Virus record (IMG/VR): IMGVR_UViG_3300006805_000044
Location: 1-47,384 of that record
Reading direction: 5' to 3' (one strand)
From: a virus
Taxonomy: Duplodnaviria > Caudoviricetes
Length of the DNA stretch: 47,384 nt
The translations under genes were made by a program, and so were the position numbers. This document shows, piece after piece, positions 27,243-34,765 of the stretch. Each line of letters opens with the position of its first letter. Position 1 is the first letter of the stretch. Under the pieces are notes generated by a model that was not told the DNA's origin, did no database searches, and saw nothing but the letters and a program-made list of their open reading frames with translations.

Positions 27243-27691
27243 GCGAGAGCCACACCAACCTGCTGAAACTCGCGTGTGCTGCAGTGGCGCGCGTGACCGG
27301 CGTTTACTGCCGCATGTTCCCGAATGAGATTGGGACGGCGCTGCAGGGACGACCGCAGTTCGTGAGCAAGCCAGGCATGGTCAAGGTCGACAAGGGTGAC
27401 GTGATAATCCGCCGGTTCCAGCGCGTGCCGTACGGTCTGCTGCCGGGTTCCGGTGATCGCATCGGCTGGTCGACCATCGAGATCACGCCAGAGATGGTTG
27501 GCGCGCGCGTGGCGGTATTCACGTCAGCGGAGGGCAAGGTAGGCTCGGATCGCATGAGCGCCGAGCAGCGGCAGTGGCACGAGTCAGTGCAGCGGGCGGG
27601 CGGGATCTCGGTTGAGGTGCGTGAGCCGGGTGACTTGGCCGCCGCAGTGCGTGCGTTCGTGGCTGGCCTGAAAAGCCAGCGCCCGGAATAG
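27239..27691 (+). CDS. VRR-NUC (PD-(D/E)xK) nuclease
   Basis: 'GL.PGSGDRIGW...VFTSAEGK...S.EQ..W...V..AGG'; follows the helicase. Confidence 0.75.
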   Translation: MSESHTNLLKLACAAVARVTGVYCRMFPNEIGTALQGRPQFVSKPGMVKVDKGDVIIRRFQRVPYGLLPGSGDRIGWSTIEITPEMVGARVAVFTSAEGKVGSDRMSAEQRQWHESVQRAGGISVEVREPGDLAAAVRAFVAGLKSQRPE

Positions 27692-27719
27692 CCGATCGCT
27701 AAGATGTGCGATCGGCTAT
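27688..27719. terminator. 12-bp inverted repeat between convergent genes
   Basis: ATAGCCGATCGC-8 nt-GCGATCGGCTAT; no U-tract, so terminator function is inferred only from position. Confidence 0.45.
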
Positions 27720-27825
27720 CCGATGCCGCCCGCCGAGCTCGTGCTTTGCCACGGCTGGGGCCGCTGTGGTACGGCCTTACGCCGGCATCTATTACTGAGA
27801 GAGCGGCCGGGTATGAATTATCCGG

Positions 27826-28047
27826 TCACTTTTCCGCGAAGTCGATGACGCTCGTCGGTACGTTGCGCTTCCCCTGCGAGCAGACTTGAAGCTGAACTTT
27901 CACGGTGCGCAGGATTTCGCGTGCCTGTGCGGCGATGGCATCGCCCTGGGCAGGAAGGATTCCACCCTCCTTGCCGTCTTCGCCTTTCAGCGCGTTCAGC
28001 GTTTCCCACAGCGCCTGTTTCAGATTGCTAGCGGTCAGATCTTTCAT
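27826..28047 (-). CDS. Small helical phage protein
   Basis: GGAG RBS; 'LKQALWETLNALK...AIAAQAREILRTVK.QL' resembles small proteins often paired with phage HNH genes. Confidence 0.65.
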   Translation of the reverse strand: MKDLTASNLKQALWETLNALKGEDGKEGGILPAQGDAIAAQAREILRTVKVQLQVCSQGKRNVPTSVIDFAEK

Positions 28048-28540
28048 ACTCTCGTCTCCTGCGTTGAGCCTTGTTGATAGTTCCGTTAATCATCATGATT
28101 TCGTAGCGCGATGCGTTCTTTGCGACCTCGGTGTCGATGTTCGCCAGCAGCACCGCGCTTTCCCAAAACTCGCCAAAGTCCTTTTTGGCGCGGTACTCCC
28201 TGTCGTACTCCGATTTCCACGCTCGATATTCCGGCCTGCGGCAGTATTCGACGTGGATCGGCATTCGCTTCTTTCTGTACGCTGCCGCCACAACAGGGTC
28301 GTACGTGGCCTTGAAGTGGGCGCGTTTCTGCGCTTTGATCTTCTCGCCAAGACGATCCCTACGCAGCCTGTCGTACTCGCTTTTCTCGGCTTTGCGCTGA
28401 TCGATCGACTTGCCTTTGCGACGCGCTATTCCCGCGCAGACTCGGCCGCAATAAAGTGGGGCGCCTACCTTGATTGCGCGGTTCACTTTGCCTGTCGGCG
28501 CATCAACTATCGCCTTGCAGACCGGGCACTGAATGCGCAT
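28028..28540 (-). CDS. Zn-finger plus highly basic helical protein
   Basis: CPVC...YCGRVC followed by R/K/Y-rich helices; GGAG RBS; immediately downstream of the structured RNA array. Confidence 0.7.
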   Translation of the reverse strand: MRIQCPVCKAIVDAPTGKVNRAIKVGAPLYCGRVCAGIARRKGKSIDQRKAEKSEYDRLRRDRLGEKIKAQKRAHFKATYDPVVAAAYRKKRMPIHVEYCRRPEYRAWKSEYDREYRAKKDFGEFWESAVLLANIDTEVAKNASRYEIMMINGTINKAQRRRREYERSDR

Positions 28541-28572
28541 AACATCTCCGGTGTGCCGATCATCACTCGGCC

Positions 28573-28690
28573 TTCGCTCTCAAGTCTGTCGGCTGCATTA
28601 CTTCACGGCGCCGATCCGCAAGCGCTGCACTGGCGACCTTTCGCTTTCTCGCGAGACTTCGCAGTGCCAGCCGACAGACTTCAAAACGAA
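28573..28690 (-). ncRNA. Structured RNA unit 1 of tandem array
   Basis: 14-bp perfect stem (28582-28595/28668-28681), G.G mismatch, 8-bp lower stem with two U.G pairs on the minus strand; branched interior. Confidence 0.7.
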
Positions 28691-28692
28691 CT

Positions 28693-28798
28693 TTGCTCTC
28701 AAGGAATCGCACCGTGCAACCCATCTCGCTTTCCCGCATGGGTTCCGGTGGTTGCTTCACCGGCACGGCTTGATGGCGATGCGATTCCTTCAAAGCAA
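28693..28798 (-). ncRNA. Structured RNA unit 2 of tandem array
   Basis: 11-bp perfect stem (28701-28711/28780-28790), G.G, 7-bp lower stem; 11-nt bulge, then a junction with two hairpins (CCGGUG/CACCGG, AACCCAU/AUGGGUU). Confidence 0.7.
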
Positions 28799-28801
28799 CC
28801 T

Positions 28802-28937
28802 GTTGCGCTCAAGGATGGCGGTTGCTGACGCTAATCTTGCGGACAGTCGGGCTATACAAGGTCATGTCGCCGCAAGCGATGTTCCGTAGCCCACCCGGAT
28901 TTGCCGGGCTTGTGCAACCGCCATCCTTCAACGCAAC
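28802..28937 (-). ncRNA. Structured RNA unit 3 of tandem array
   Basis: 15-bp perfect stem (28811-28825/28914-28928), G.G, 8-bp lower stem; two internal hairpins and a possible pseudoknot. Confidence 0.7.
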
Positions 28938-28939
28938 CC

Positions 28940-29094
28940 TCTGGTTTGTGCGCTCGGGCAGGGCTTGATACCTGCTGGCTGACGGGACTGAACGCGCTGG
29001 AACTTAATTGCCCGTCGTTCGTTGCTTGATTCTGCCGCAACCGAGCGCGTTATCGTGAGCGTTTCCTTCAACGCCGCCGAACGCACAAACCAGA
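28940..29094 (-). ncRNA. Structured RNA unit 4 of tandem array
   Basis: 18-bp closing stem (28940-28957/29077-29094) with one internal U.G on the minus strand; four internal hairpins including GCAGG-UAUCAAGC-CCUGC. Confidence 0.65.
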
Positions 29095-29127
29095 AAGTTA
29101 TCCCCGGAGATACGTGGCTATGCTGAT

Positions 29128-29292
29128 TCAGGTAACCGGGTACGTGATGACCATCTGCCCTCCCTCGAAAGCATTCCGACATTGCTCGCCGAGGACGCGG
29201 CGTTCGGCCTGTTCGTCGTGATTCATCACGTACTTTGCCACGACGACTTCGCGGCCATTGATGCTCTGCTTGACGATGACCTGCACTTTCAT
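29128..29292 (-). CDS. Small hypothetical protein (54 aa; not in ORF track)
   Basis: GGGAGA RBS; MKVQVIVKQSINGREVVVAKYVMNHDEQAERRVLGEQCRNAFEGGQMVITYPVT. Confidence 0.65.
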   Translation of the reverse strand: MKVQVIVKQSINGREVVVAKYVMNHDEQAERRVLGEQCRNAFEGGQMVITYPVT

Positions 29293-29628
29293 GATGTTCT
29301 CCCGTTGTCGGTAAGTTGTTCCGGTTACGGTTCCGGCGCCTTGCGGCCGTCAGTGTTTCCCGCCTTTCACCGCGGCGGGCTGCGAGTAGTCTCCGGTCTA
29401 CGCTTCCACTACAGCGCTGCATTCCTAACCGGCAAGGGACTGGCTCGCTCGTGCTGCATCACCAGTCATCCGTCCTAGCGCTTTCGCGCCGGCACTCTCG
29501 GAGAATTCCTCCACTCCGAAAACACACTAAGCAATGCGCTTTCGGACTGACGCTCCTCAGTCGTCGCCCGGCCAGCAAGGGGGAGGCTGGCCGGGCGACC
29601 AAGCCGCGGACTCGTGAGCGGCGAGCCA

Positions 29629-29656
29629 ATGATACCACGACAACGGATGTTGTCAA
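29629..29656 (-). promoter_or_regulatory. Leftward promoter TTGACA-16-TATCAT driving the RNA-array cassette
   Basis: -35 at 29651-29656, -10 at 29629-29634; near-copy of the 24071-24098 promoter; operator AACGGATGTT at 29642-29651. Confidence 0.75.
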
Positions 29657-29788
29657 CACCTTGACCGCACGCCGATTGCAGTAGCAGTATCGACAGGCAC
29701 AAAAAAGCCCCGTAGACCGGGGCAACGTAGACACTTGGGTGCGCGCAGTGTATCGCGCTATACGCCCCTGCACAATGACAGGGATACC

Positions 29789-32044
29789 ATGAGCCACGAA
29801 GAAGAACCTATCAAATGGGTTCCGGCAACTATCACCGCGCCGACAGCGCCGTCGAAGCATCCGAAGCATGGAATAGCTACGCGTACGTGGGAGTATCGCA
29901 ACGCAGATGGCGACGTGATCGGATACGTCAATCGATACGATACAGATACGGGGAAGGTATTCGCTCCACAGATATACGATGGAACAAAGTGGCATTGGAA
30001 GTCTTGGTCGTCGCCGCGTCCTCTATACGGTCTGGATCGACTCGCCGAGCATCCTGCGGCCTGGGTAATCGTGACCGAGGGCGAGAAGGCGGCAGATGGC
30101 GCTGAGCCATCGCTACCGACGTGCGTGACCATCTCCGCGTCCGGTGGTCGCAATGCGCTCAAGCACGCAGATTGGTCGCCGCTCGTCGGTCATCCTGGCG
30201 TGATCCTCTGGCCTGACAACGATCACGATCAGGGAGGGCAGAGAGCATTCCACGAGCTCGCCGCACACCTCGCCTCGCTAGGCGTTCCCGTCGTCAAGAT
30301 CATCGACCCGTCCGGACATGACGACGGATGGGACGCGGCCGATGCCGCTTTCACGCCCGAGCAGATGAAAGAATGGGCGAAGGGACGCGTCAGCACGTAC
30401 GACGGACCGCGCGTATCGCCGTGGTCCGTGTCGCCGTCGACCGAGCGCCGGCCGCGACCCGCACCAGCTGCAGCGGAGCCGGCTACCACTCGCGCCTCGC
30501 CCGTCATCGAGCCCTACGACATCCTCGGCAAACCGTTCATCCCGGCACTCAAGCCCGAGCATCTTCCTAAGGCGCTGCGCGAGTTCGTGTTCGATCAGTC
30601 GTCCATCATCGGCTCAGACCCCGGCATCATCGCGATCGCATCCCTCGTCGCCGTCGCCGGCTGCATCAACGATAACATCGTGTTGCAGGGTAAACGCGAA
30701 GAAACGGGTTGGACCGAATCCGCCCGCCTATGGGGCGCCTGGATCGCCGATCCGTCGAGCAAGAAGTCCCCCGCCAGTGGCCGCGCCATCAAGCCGCTGC
30801 GGCAGATCGATGCGGCGCTACGCATTCAGTCGGCCGCCAACGCCAAGCGTGGCGCGATCGACAAGGCCGTCTACCGCGACGCGCTCGGCAAGTACGTCGA
30901 GGACAAGTCGAAGCAGTTGCTGCAAGGCGGGCCGTGTGGGTCGCCGCCTCAGGAGCCGGAAGAGCCATTGGATCTGCGCCTCATGGTCAGCGATACGACG
31001 ACGGAAAAGCTCGGCATCGTCATGAAGGACAATCCGCGCGGGCTCATCATGAACTTCGATGAGCTCAGCGGCCTGTTCGGGCAAATGGACGCGTACAAGC
31101 AGGGCGGAACCGGAGGAATGGACCGCGCGAAGTACCTGGAGCTGTACAACGGCGGCGTGCAGACCGTCGACCGCATCGGCCGCGAGTCGATCACGGTGCC
31201 GAACTGGAGCGCCTGCATCATGGGCGGCATCCAACCGTCGTCCATCCGCGCGATTGCGTATAAGCTGCCCGAAGACGGCCTGATGCAACGATTCATGGTC
31301 GTGATGGCGCAGGACACCGGCGACATCGGCGAGGACCGACGCGCGAGCGAAGCGGCAACCGAGCGCTATGCCACGCTGCTGCAGACGCTGCATGCAGACA
31401 ACGGACCGAGGCGCGTGCTGCGCATGAGCCAGGAGGCGGTCAACGTGCTGCGGCGTCTGGAAACGGAGCTGCTCGACGTGCGCAAGCTAGGAACGGCATC
31501 GGAGCGCGTCAAGGCGGCGCTCGGGAAATACTCGGGCCTGTTCGTAAGACTCTGCCTGACCTACCACATGGCGAACGCGGTAGATGCTCGGCGCGACCCG
31601 CTCGTCGAGGTATCGGCAGATACAGCGTGGCAGGTCTACGAGTTCATGACCGGCTATCTCGTCGGGCACCTCGTCGCGTTCTATGACGACTTGCTCAACG
31701 ATAACGGACACGCTGAACACGCGCGCGCTATCGGATCGATGATCCTCGCTCGCCAGATGGACTCGATCTGCAACCGCGAGGTCCACCGCGGCTATACGCC
31801 GTGGGCTTCGGTGCCTGATTACAAGCGCCTGGCAGCGTTTCGCTACCTTGAGGACGCAGGATGGATCTTCCCGGTGTCGCCAGATGGCGGCCGGCGCGTC
31901 GTGCACTACGACGTGAATCCGCGCGTGCATGAGATGTTCTACCGGACGGCCGAGGAAGAACGAGCCAGGCGACTAGCGGTTGTCGATCAGATGCGAGCGT
32001 CTGCGCTAGTCAGGGCGATGCAGAGGACGGTGAGGGCAGCGTGA
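29789..32044 (+). CDS. TOPRIM primase fused to DUF3987 (YfjI-like) P-loop helicase
   Basis: VTEGEKAAD, WPDND..G and GWDAAD (TOPRIM); ADPSSKKSP, FDELSG and DGLMQRF (DUF3987). Confidence 0.85.
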   Translation: MSHEEEPIKWVPATITAPTAPSKHPKHGIATRTWEYRNADGDVIGYVNRYDTDTGKVFAPQIYDGTKWHWKSWSSPRPLYGLDRLAEHPAAWVIVTEGEKAADGAEPSLPTCVTISASGGRNALKHADWSPLVGHPGVILWPDNDHDQGGQRAFHELAAHLASLGVPVVKIIDPSGHDDGWDAADAAFTPEQMKEWAKGRVSTYDGPRVSPWSVSPSTERRPRPAPAAAEPATTRASPVIEPYDILGKPFIPALKPEHLPKALREFVFDQSSIIGSDPGIIAIASLVAVAGCINDNIVLQGKREETGWTESARLWGAWIADPSSKKSPASGRAIKPLRQIDAALRIQSAANAKRGAIDKAVYRDALGKYVEDKSKQLLQGGPCGSPPQEPEEPLDLRLMVSDTTTEKLGIVMKDNPRGLIMNFDELSGLFGQMDAYKQGGTGGMDRAKYLELYNGGVQTVDRIGRESITVPNWSACIMGGIQPSSIRAIAYKLPEDGLMQRFMVVMAQDTGDIGEDRRASEAATERYATLLQTLHADNGPRRVLRMSQEAVNVLRRLETELLDVRKLGTASERVKAALGKYSGLFVRLCLTYHMANAVDARRDPLVEVSADTAWQVYEFMTGYLVGHLVAFYDDLLNDNGHAEHARAIGSMILARQMDSICNREVHRGYTPWASVPDYKRLAAFRYLEDAGWIFPVSPDGGRRVVHYDVNPRVHEMFYRTAEEERARRLAVVDQMRASALVRAMQRTVRAA

Positions 32045-32352
32045 AACTATTCGGCTGGACAACGAAGAACCATGGCGCGGTGAACCCTGCTGATAAACGG
32101 ATCTCCCATCAGCAGTGCGGTCCACGGCTGAACCACAAAAAGCAGAAACATTCCGACGAAACGGTGTTGGCACTACTTCGCAGGACGCTTCGAGGCGAAG
32201 CCGTCACCGTTGTTTCAAACGAGCTTTTGGTTCCTTACCACACAGCGTATCGCTGGAACAGCGGAGAGCAGAAGTTCCCGCTGTGGCGCAAGGTCATGGA
32301 AGAAATCGAAGCCGAACAGCGCGCACAAAAAGCCCCGCCGAAGCGGGGCTAG
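32041..32352 (+). CDS. Putative HTH protein
   Basis: 'HSDETV...RGEAVTVVSNELLVPYHTAYRW..G' HTH-like pattern; GTGA-coupled to the primase. Confidence 0.5.
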   Translation: MKLFGWTTKNHGAVNPADKRISHQQCGPRLNHKKQKHSDETVLALLRRTLRGEAVTVVSNELLVPYHTAYRWNSGEQKFPLWRKVMEEIEAEQRAQKAPPKRG

Positions 32353-32373
32353 TGACGTTTGTCATCGGCGTGA

Positions 32374-32544
32374 CTACCGCGCTGCTTCTTCGCGCAGCAG
32401 GCGACGAATGAGCTCTGAGACCGTTTCCCTCCCTCGACCGATAATGGCGACCAGCGCCGCGGCTTCTGCGGGGCCTAGCGTGATCTTCGGCAGAACGGCA
32501 TCCGCCCTATCGTAGCGCCGCTTGCTGCGTTCTGACGCGCTCAT
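32374..32544 (-). CDS. Ribbon-helix-helix (CopG/Arc-like) regulator (56 aa; not in ORF track)
   Basis: MSASERSKRRYDRADAVLPKITLGPAEAAALVAIIGRGRETVSELIRRLLREEAAR; ATGA-coupled. Confidence 0.65.
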   Translation of the reverse strand: MSASERSKRRYDRADAVLPKITLGPAEAAALVAIIGRGRETVSELIRRLLREEAAR

Positions 32545-32858
32545 GCATCACCCGCCAGGCCGGCCATCCGCAGCGCATTGAGCGCCTGATTGCGGAGCTC
32601 GTCGGCCGGCGTATGCGCGGGCGAGTTAACGGCAATGTCTCGCAGCGCGCCGATCATGGCGCGGATCTGGTCCGGCGTTGGAATCGCCTCGGCGATGGGG
32701 TTATAGGACACGTTTTCGATGCGGATCTGGGAGCCGTCGTCGAGTATGTAGGTATCGGTATCTCCGAACTCCACGAGGCTGTGGCCTCCGATGAAGAGCC
32801 GATGGCACAGCTCCAGTCCGTTGGGAGTTTCGGCGATGAGTTTCTGTGCCTTGGTCAT
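32541..32858 (-). CDS. Hypothetical protein
   Basis: GGAGG RBS. Confidence 0.6.
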   Translation of the reverse strand: MTKAQKLIAETPNGLELCHRLFIGGHSLVEFGDTDTYILDDGSQIRIENVSYNPIAEAIPTPDQIRAMIGALRDIAVNSPAHTPADELRNQALNALRMAGLAGDA

Positions 32859-32870
32859 GTCGATCCTCCC

Positions 32871-33065
32871 TCACCAGTATTCGATAACGGAATCATCGCC
32901 GTTCATGAGCGCCTGAAAATTGGCGTCGTCCTCGTCAGGAACATCGACGATGGCCAGGCAGAGGTCTGGGTTGGTCGCGATGACCGTGCCGTATTCGTGA
33001 GCCAGGGATCGAGCAGTGCGGTCGGCGTCGCATTCGGCGGTAAATTGGATGTTGTAACGAGACAT
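32871..33065 (-). CDS. Small acidic hypothetical protein
   Basis: Start MSRYNIQF with AGGAG RBS. Confidence 0.6.
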   Translation of the reverse strand: MSRYNIQFTAECDADRTARSLAHEYGTVIATNPDLCLAIVDVPDEDDANFQALMNGDDSVIEYW

Positions 33066-33094
33066 GTCGTACTCCTGGTGTCTGGTGTGGCGAT

Positions 33095-33334
33095 TCAAGC
33101 AGCGAGTCCTCGGTGGCTGCAAGACGACGCTTGTCCGGCGCGAACTGCGTCGTAGCAGTGCTCGGTTAAGGCCATGTAGTCTTCCGGGAGCACCTTGGGA
33201 AGCGCCGATCTCGGGATCGTGAAGGTCATCGTTTCCATGATGCACCAGACCTTCCGTGAGCCAACCTCAATCCACTTGATGCCGCTGATCTTCGCCATGT
33301 AGCTCGGCGGGCAGATTATCGTGCGCTCGGTCAT
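33095..33334 (-). CDS. Hypothetical protein
   Basis: GAGGGG RBS; first gene after the promoter at 33377-33405. Confidence 0.6.
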   Translation of the reverse strand: MTERTIICPPSYMAKISGIKWIEVGSRKVWCIMETMTFTIPRSALPKVLPEDYMALTEHCYDAVRAGQASSCSHRGLAA

Positions 33335-33376
33335 TTCGTTCCCCTCTCAACCCGGCCCGTGTCTGACCGTGGATCC

Positions 33377-33405
33377 ATCGTAACTCGTGCACGTTCACGT
33401 GTCAA
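33377..33405 (-). promoter_or_regulatory. sigma70-type promoter TTGACA-17-TACGAT
   Basis: -35 at 33400-33405, -10 at 33377-33382; operator AACAACTGTT at 33404-33413. Confidence 0.75.
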
Positions 33406-33412
33406 CAACTGT

Positions 33413-33679
33413 TTACATCGCCCCGAACCCAGCCTTCCTCGCCAGCTCATCGCGCGTCGGCCTCCGGTGCCCCTTCGCCACATTGCAGCGCGCGCAGGCG
33501 GCGACGATGTTGTCGAGTGAGTCGGTGCCGCCTACCAGACGCGGCACAAGGTGGTCTGCCGTAGCAGCGTTCCTGGCCGCCAGGTCGCAACGGCGATGCG
33601 GGATTACCAGCTCGCGGCCACAGTAGAAACACACCCAACCCTGTTGCTCAAGGGCGATACGAAGCACGTCGCGGGTCAT
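33413..33679 (-). CDS. HNH endonuclease
   Basis: CFYCG...TADHLVPR..GG....NIVAAC.RCN..KG; GGAGG RBS. Confidence 0.85.
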   Translation of the reverse strand: MTRDVLRIALEQQGWVCFYCGRELVIPHRRCDLAARNAATADHLVPRLVGGTDSLDNIVAACARCNVAKGHRRPTRDELARKAGFGAM

Positions 33680-33699
33680 TTTGTCCCTCCGAAATGTTG

Positions 33700-34400
33700 C
33701 GTTGCAGCACGAAAAACAGCCCCGTGGTCGACCCCTGTTATACCCATTCCGAGGGCATTAACAAAATTCTAACGCCGATGTTAATTGGTGCACTGCAACG
33801 GAACATTTGTTGCCATGGTTATCCACAGGCCATGTCGGGCATTGTCGTCGTTATCAACCAATGACTTACGTACACGGTTCAAACAACCATCTCAAACGCT
33901 TGTTTTAAGTTAAATGACAACAAACGTGTTTTTTTGTTCAGTTACATGTACGAACAGTAAATGAAAAACAACAAATGTAGCTGAATTTGGCCAGACAAAG
34001 GCTGACAACGGTGGAAAACTTTTTGAATGTCGGGGTTTGTCTGTACACGTGGGCTACCCCTAAATCCCTTCCCTTCCCTTCCCTTCTTCATCAATTCTGC
34101 GCCGAAGTAATGATTACCCCCAAAATCGTACTCTTACCCCCTTAGGGCTTTTCCTAGGGACAAACCCCGACATTGGGGTTTTGGTGTAAACATGGGCCGG
34201 AGGCCGAAACTGGAGATTACCTGGCTGAATCGCTCCGAGAGCTCGCGAATATGCCTACCATGTAGGGTGGTAGCGGGGTAGGTTGAGATATAGGCTCACA
34301 GCGCGTTCTGTGAGGTCGTGCAAAACGCCGTGAAATCGACCTGTTGCTATAAGGAGCGCGACGTGGTAAACATCTGTTGTCGCCCGGAAGGGTGTTTTTG
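33700..34400. other. AT-rich non-coding region; candidate replication origin or packaging/terminus region
   Basis: No credible ORF; A/T tracts at 33890-34030; 16-bp perfect inverted repeat (34026-34041/34159-34174); (TCCCT)n tract; TACCCC repeats; transcription diverges here. Confidence 0.45.
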
Positions 34401-34423
34401 CTGCAATGCAGCATGGAGTCAGT

Positions 34424-34765
34424 ATGACTGGCACGTGTATTGCCGAGGTGACGCCGCCGCCTGGCGCGGTGGCGTTTGCGATTGTTCTGGAAGACGGGAC
34501 GATGGGCGTGACCGACTGGGCGCTCATGGATAAGTTCGACTGGTGGCAGCCTCTGCCCGACGGCTGCCGATACGTCTTCGCCTTCCCCGCGCCGCAGTGG
34601 CGCCCGATTGCGGAGGCGCCCTGCGATGACACGGCTGGGCTCGCATGCAGCGTTCTGGATGGCGGCTATGACATCATCGACTTCGACCACGATTCGGCTT
34701 ACTGGGCCGGCCACGGTCTGACGCACTGGATGCCGCTCCCGCCGCTTCCTGAGTCCACGCCATGA
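34424..34765 (+). CDS. DUF551-like protein
   Basis: WRPIAEAP...THWMPLPPLP; GGAG RBS. Confidence 0.65.
   Translation: MTGTCIAEVTPPPGAVAFAIVLEDGTMGVTDWALMDKFDWWQPLPDGCRYVFAFPAPQWRPIAEAPCDDTAGLACSVLDGGYDIIDFDHDSAYWAGHGLTHWMPLPPLPESTP

Noticed and set aside
28958-28975. GCAGG-UAUCAAGC-CCUGC resembles a twister P4 loop or a tRNA T-arm
   Set aside because: No UAA cleavage strand or matching T1 partner in the right place, and no D-arm/anticodon cloverleaf; not called as a ribozyme or tRNA.
28573-29099. CRISPR or TIGR-type array interpretation
   Set aside because: Units are 106-155 nt, unequal and self-complementary end to end; there are no identical direct repeats and no cas or Nop-domain gene.
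27905-29478. ORFs of 307, 118, 164 and 98 aa crossing the RNA array
   Set aside because: No RBS or protein-like composition; they overlap better-supported minus-strand genes and conserved RNA stems.
29510-29565. Hammerhead-like CUGAGGA...GAAA on the minus strand
   Set aside because: Stem II cannot form beyond one pair, stem I is only 3 bp, and CUGA is sequestered in the GACUGA/UCAGUC hairpin.
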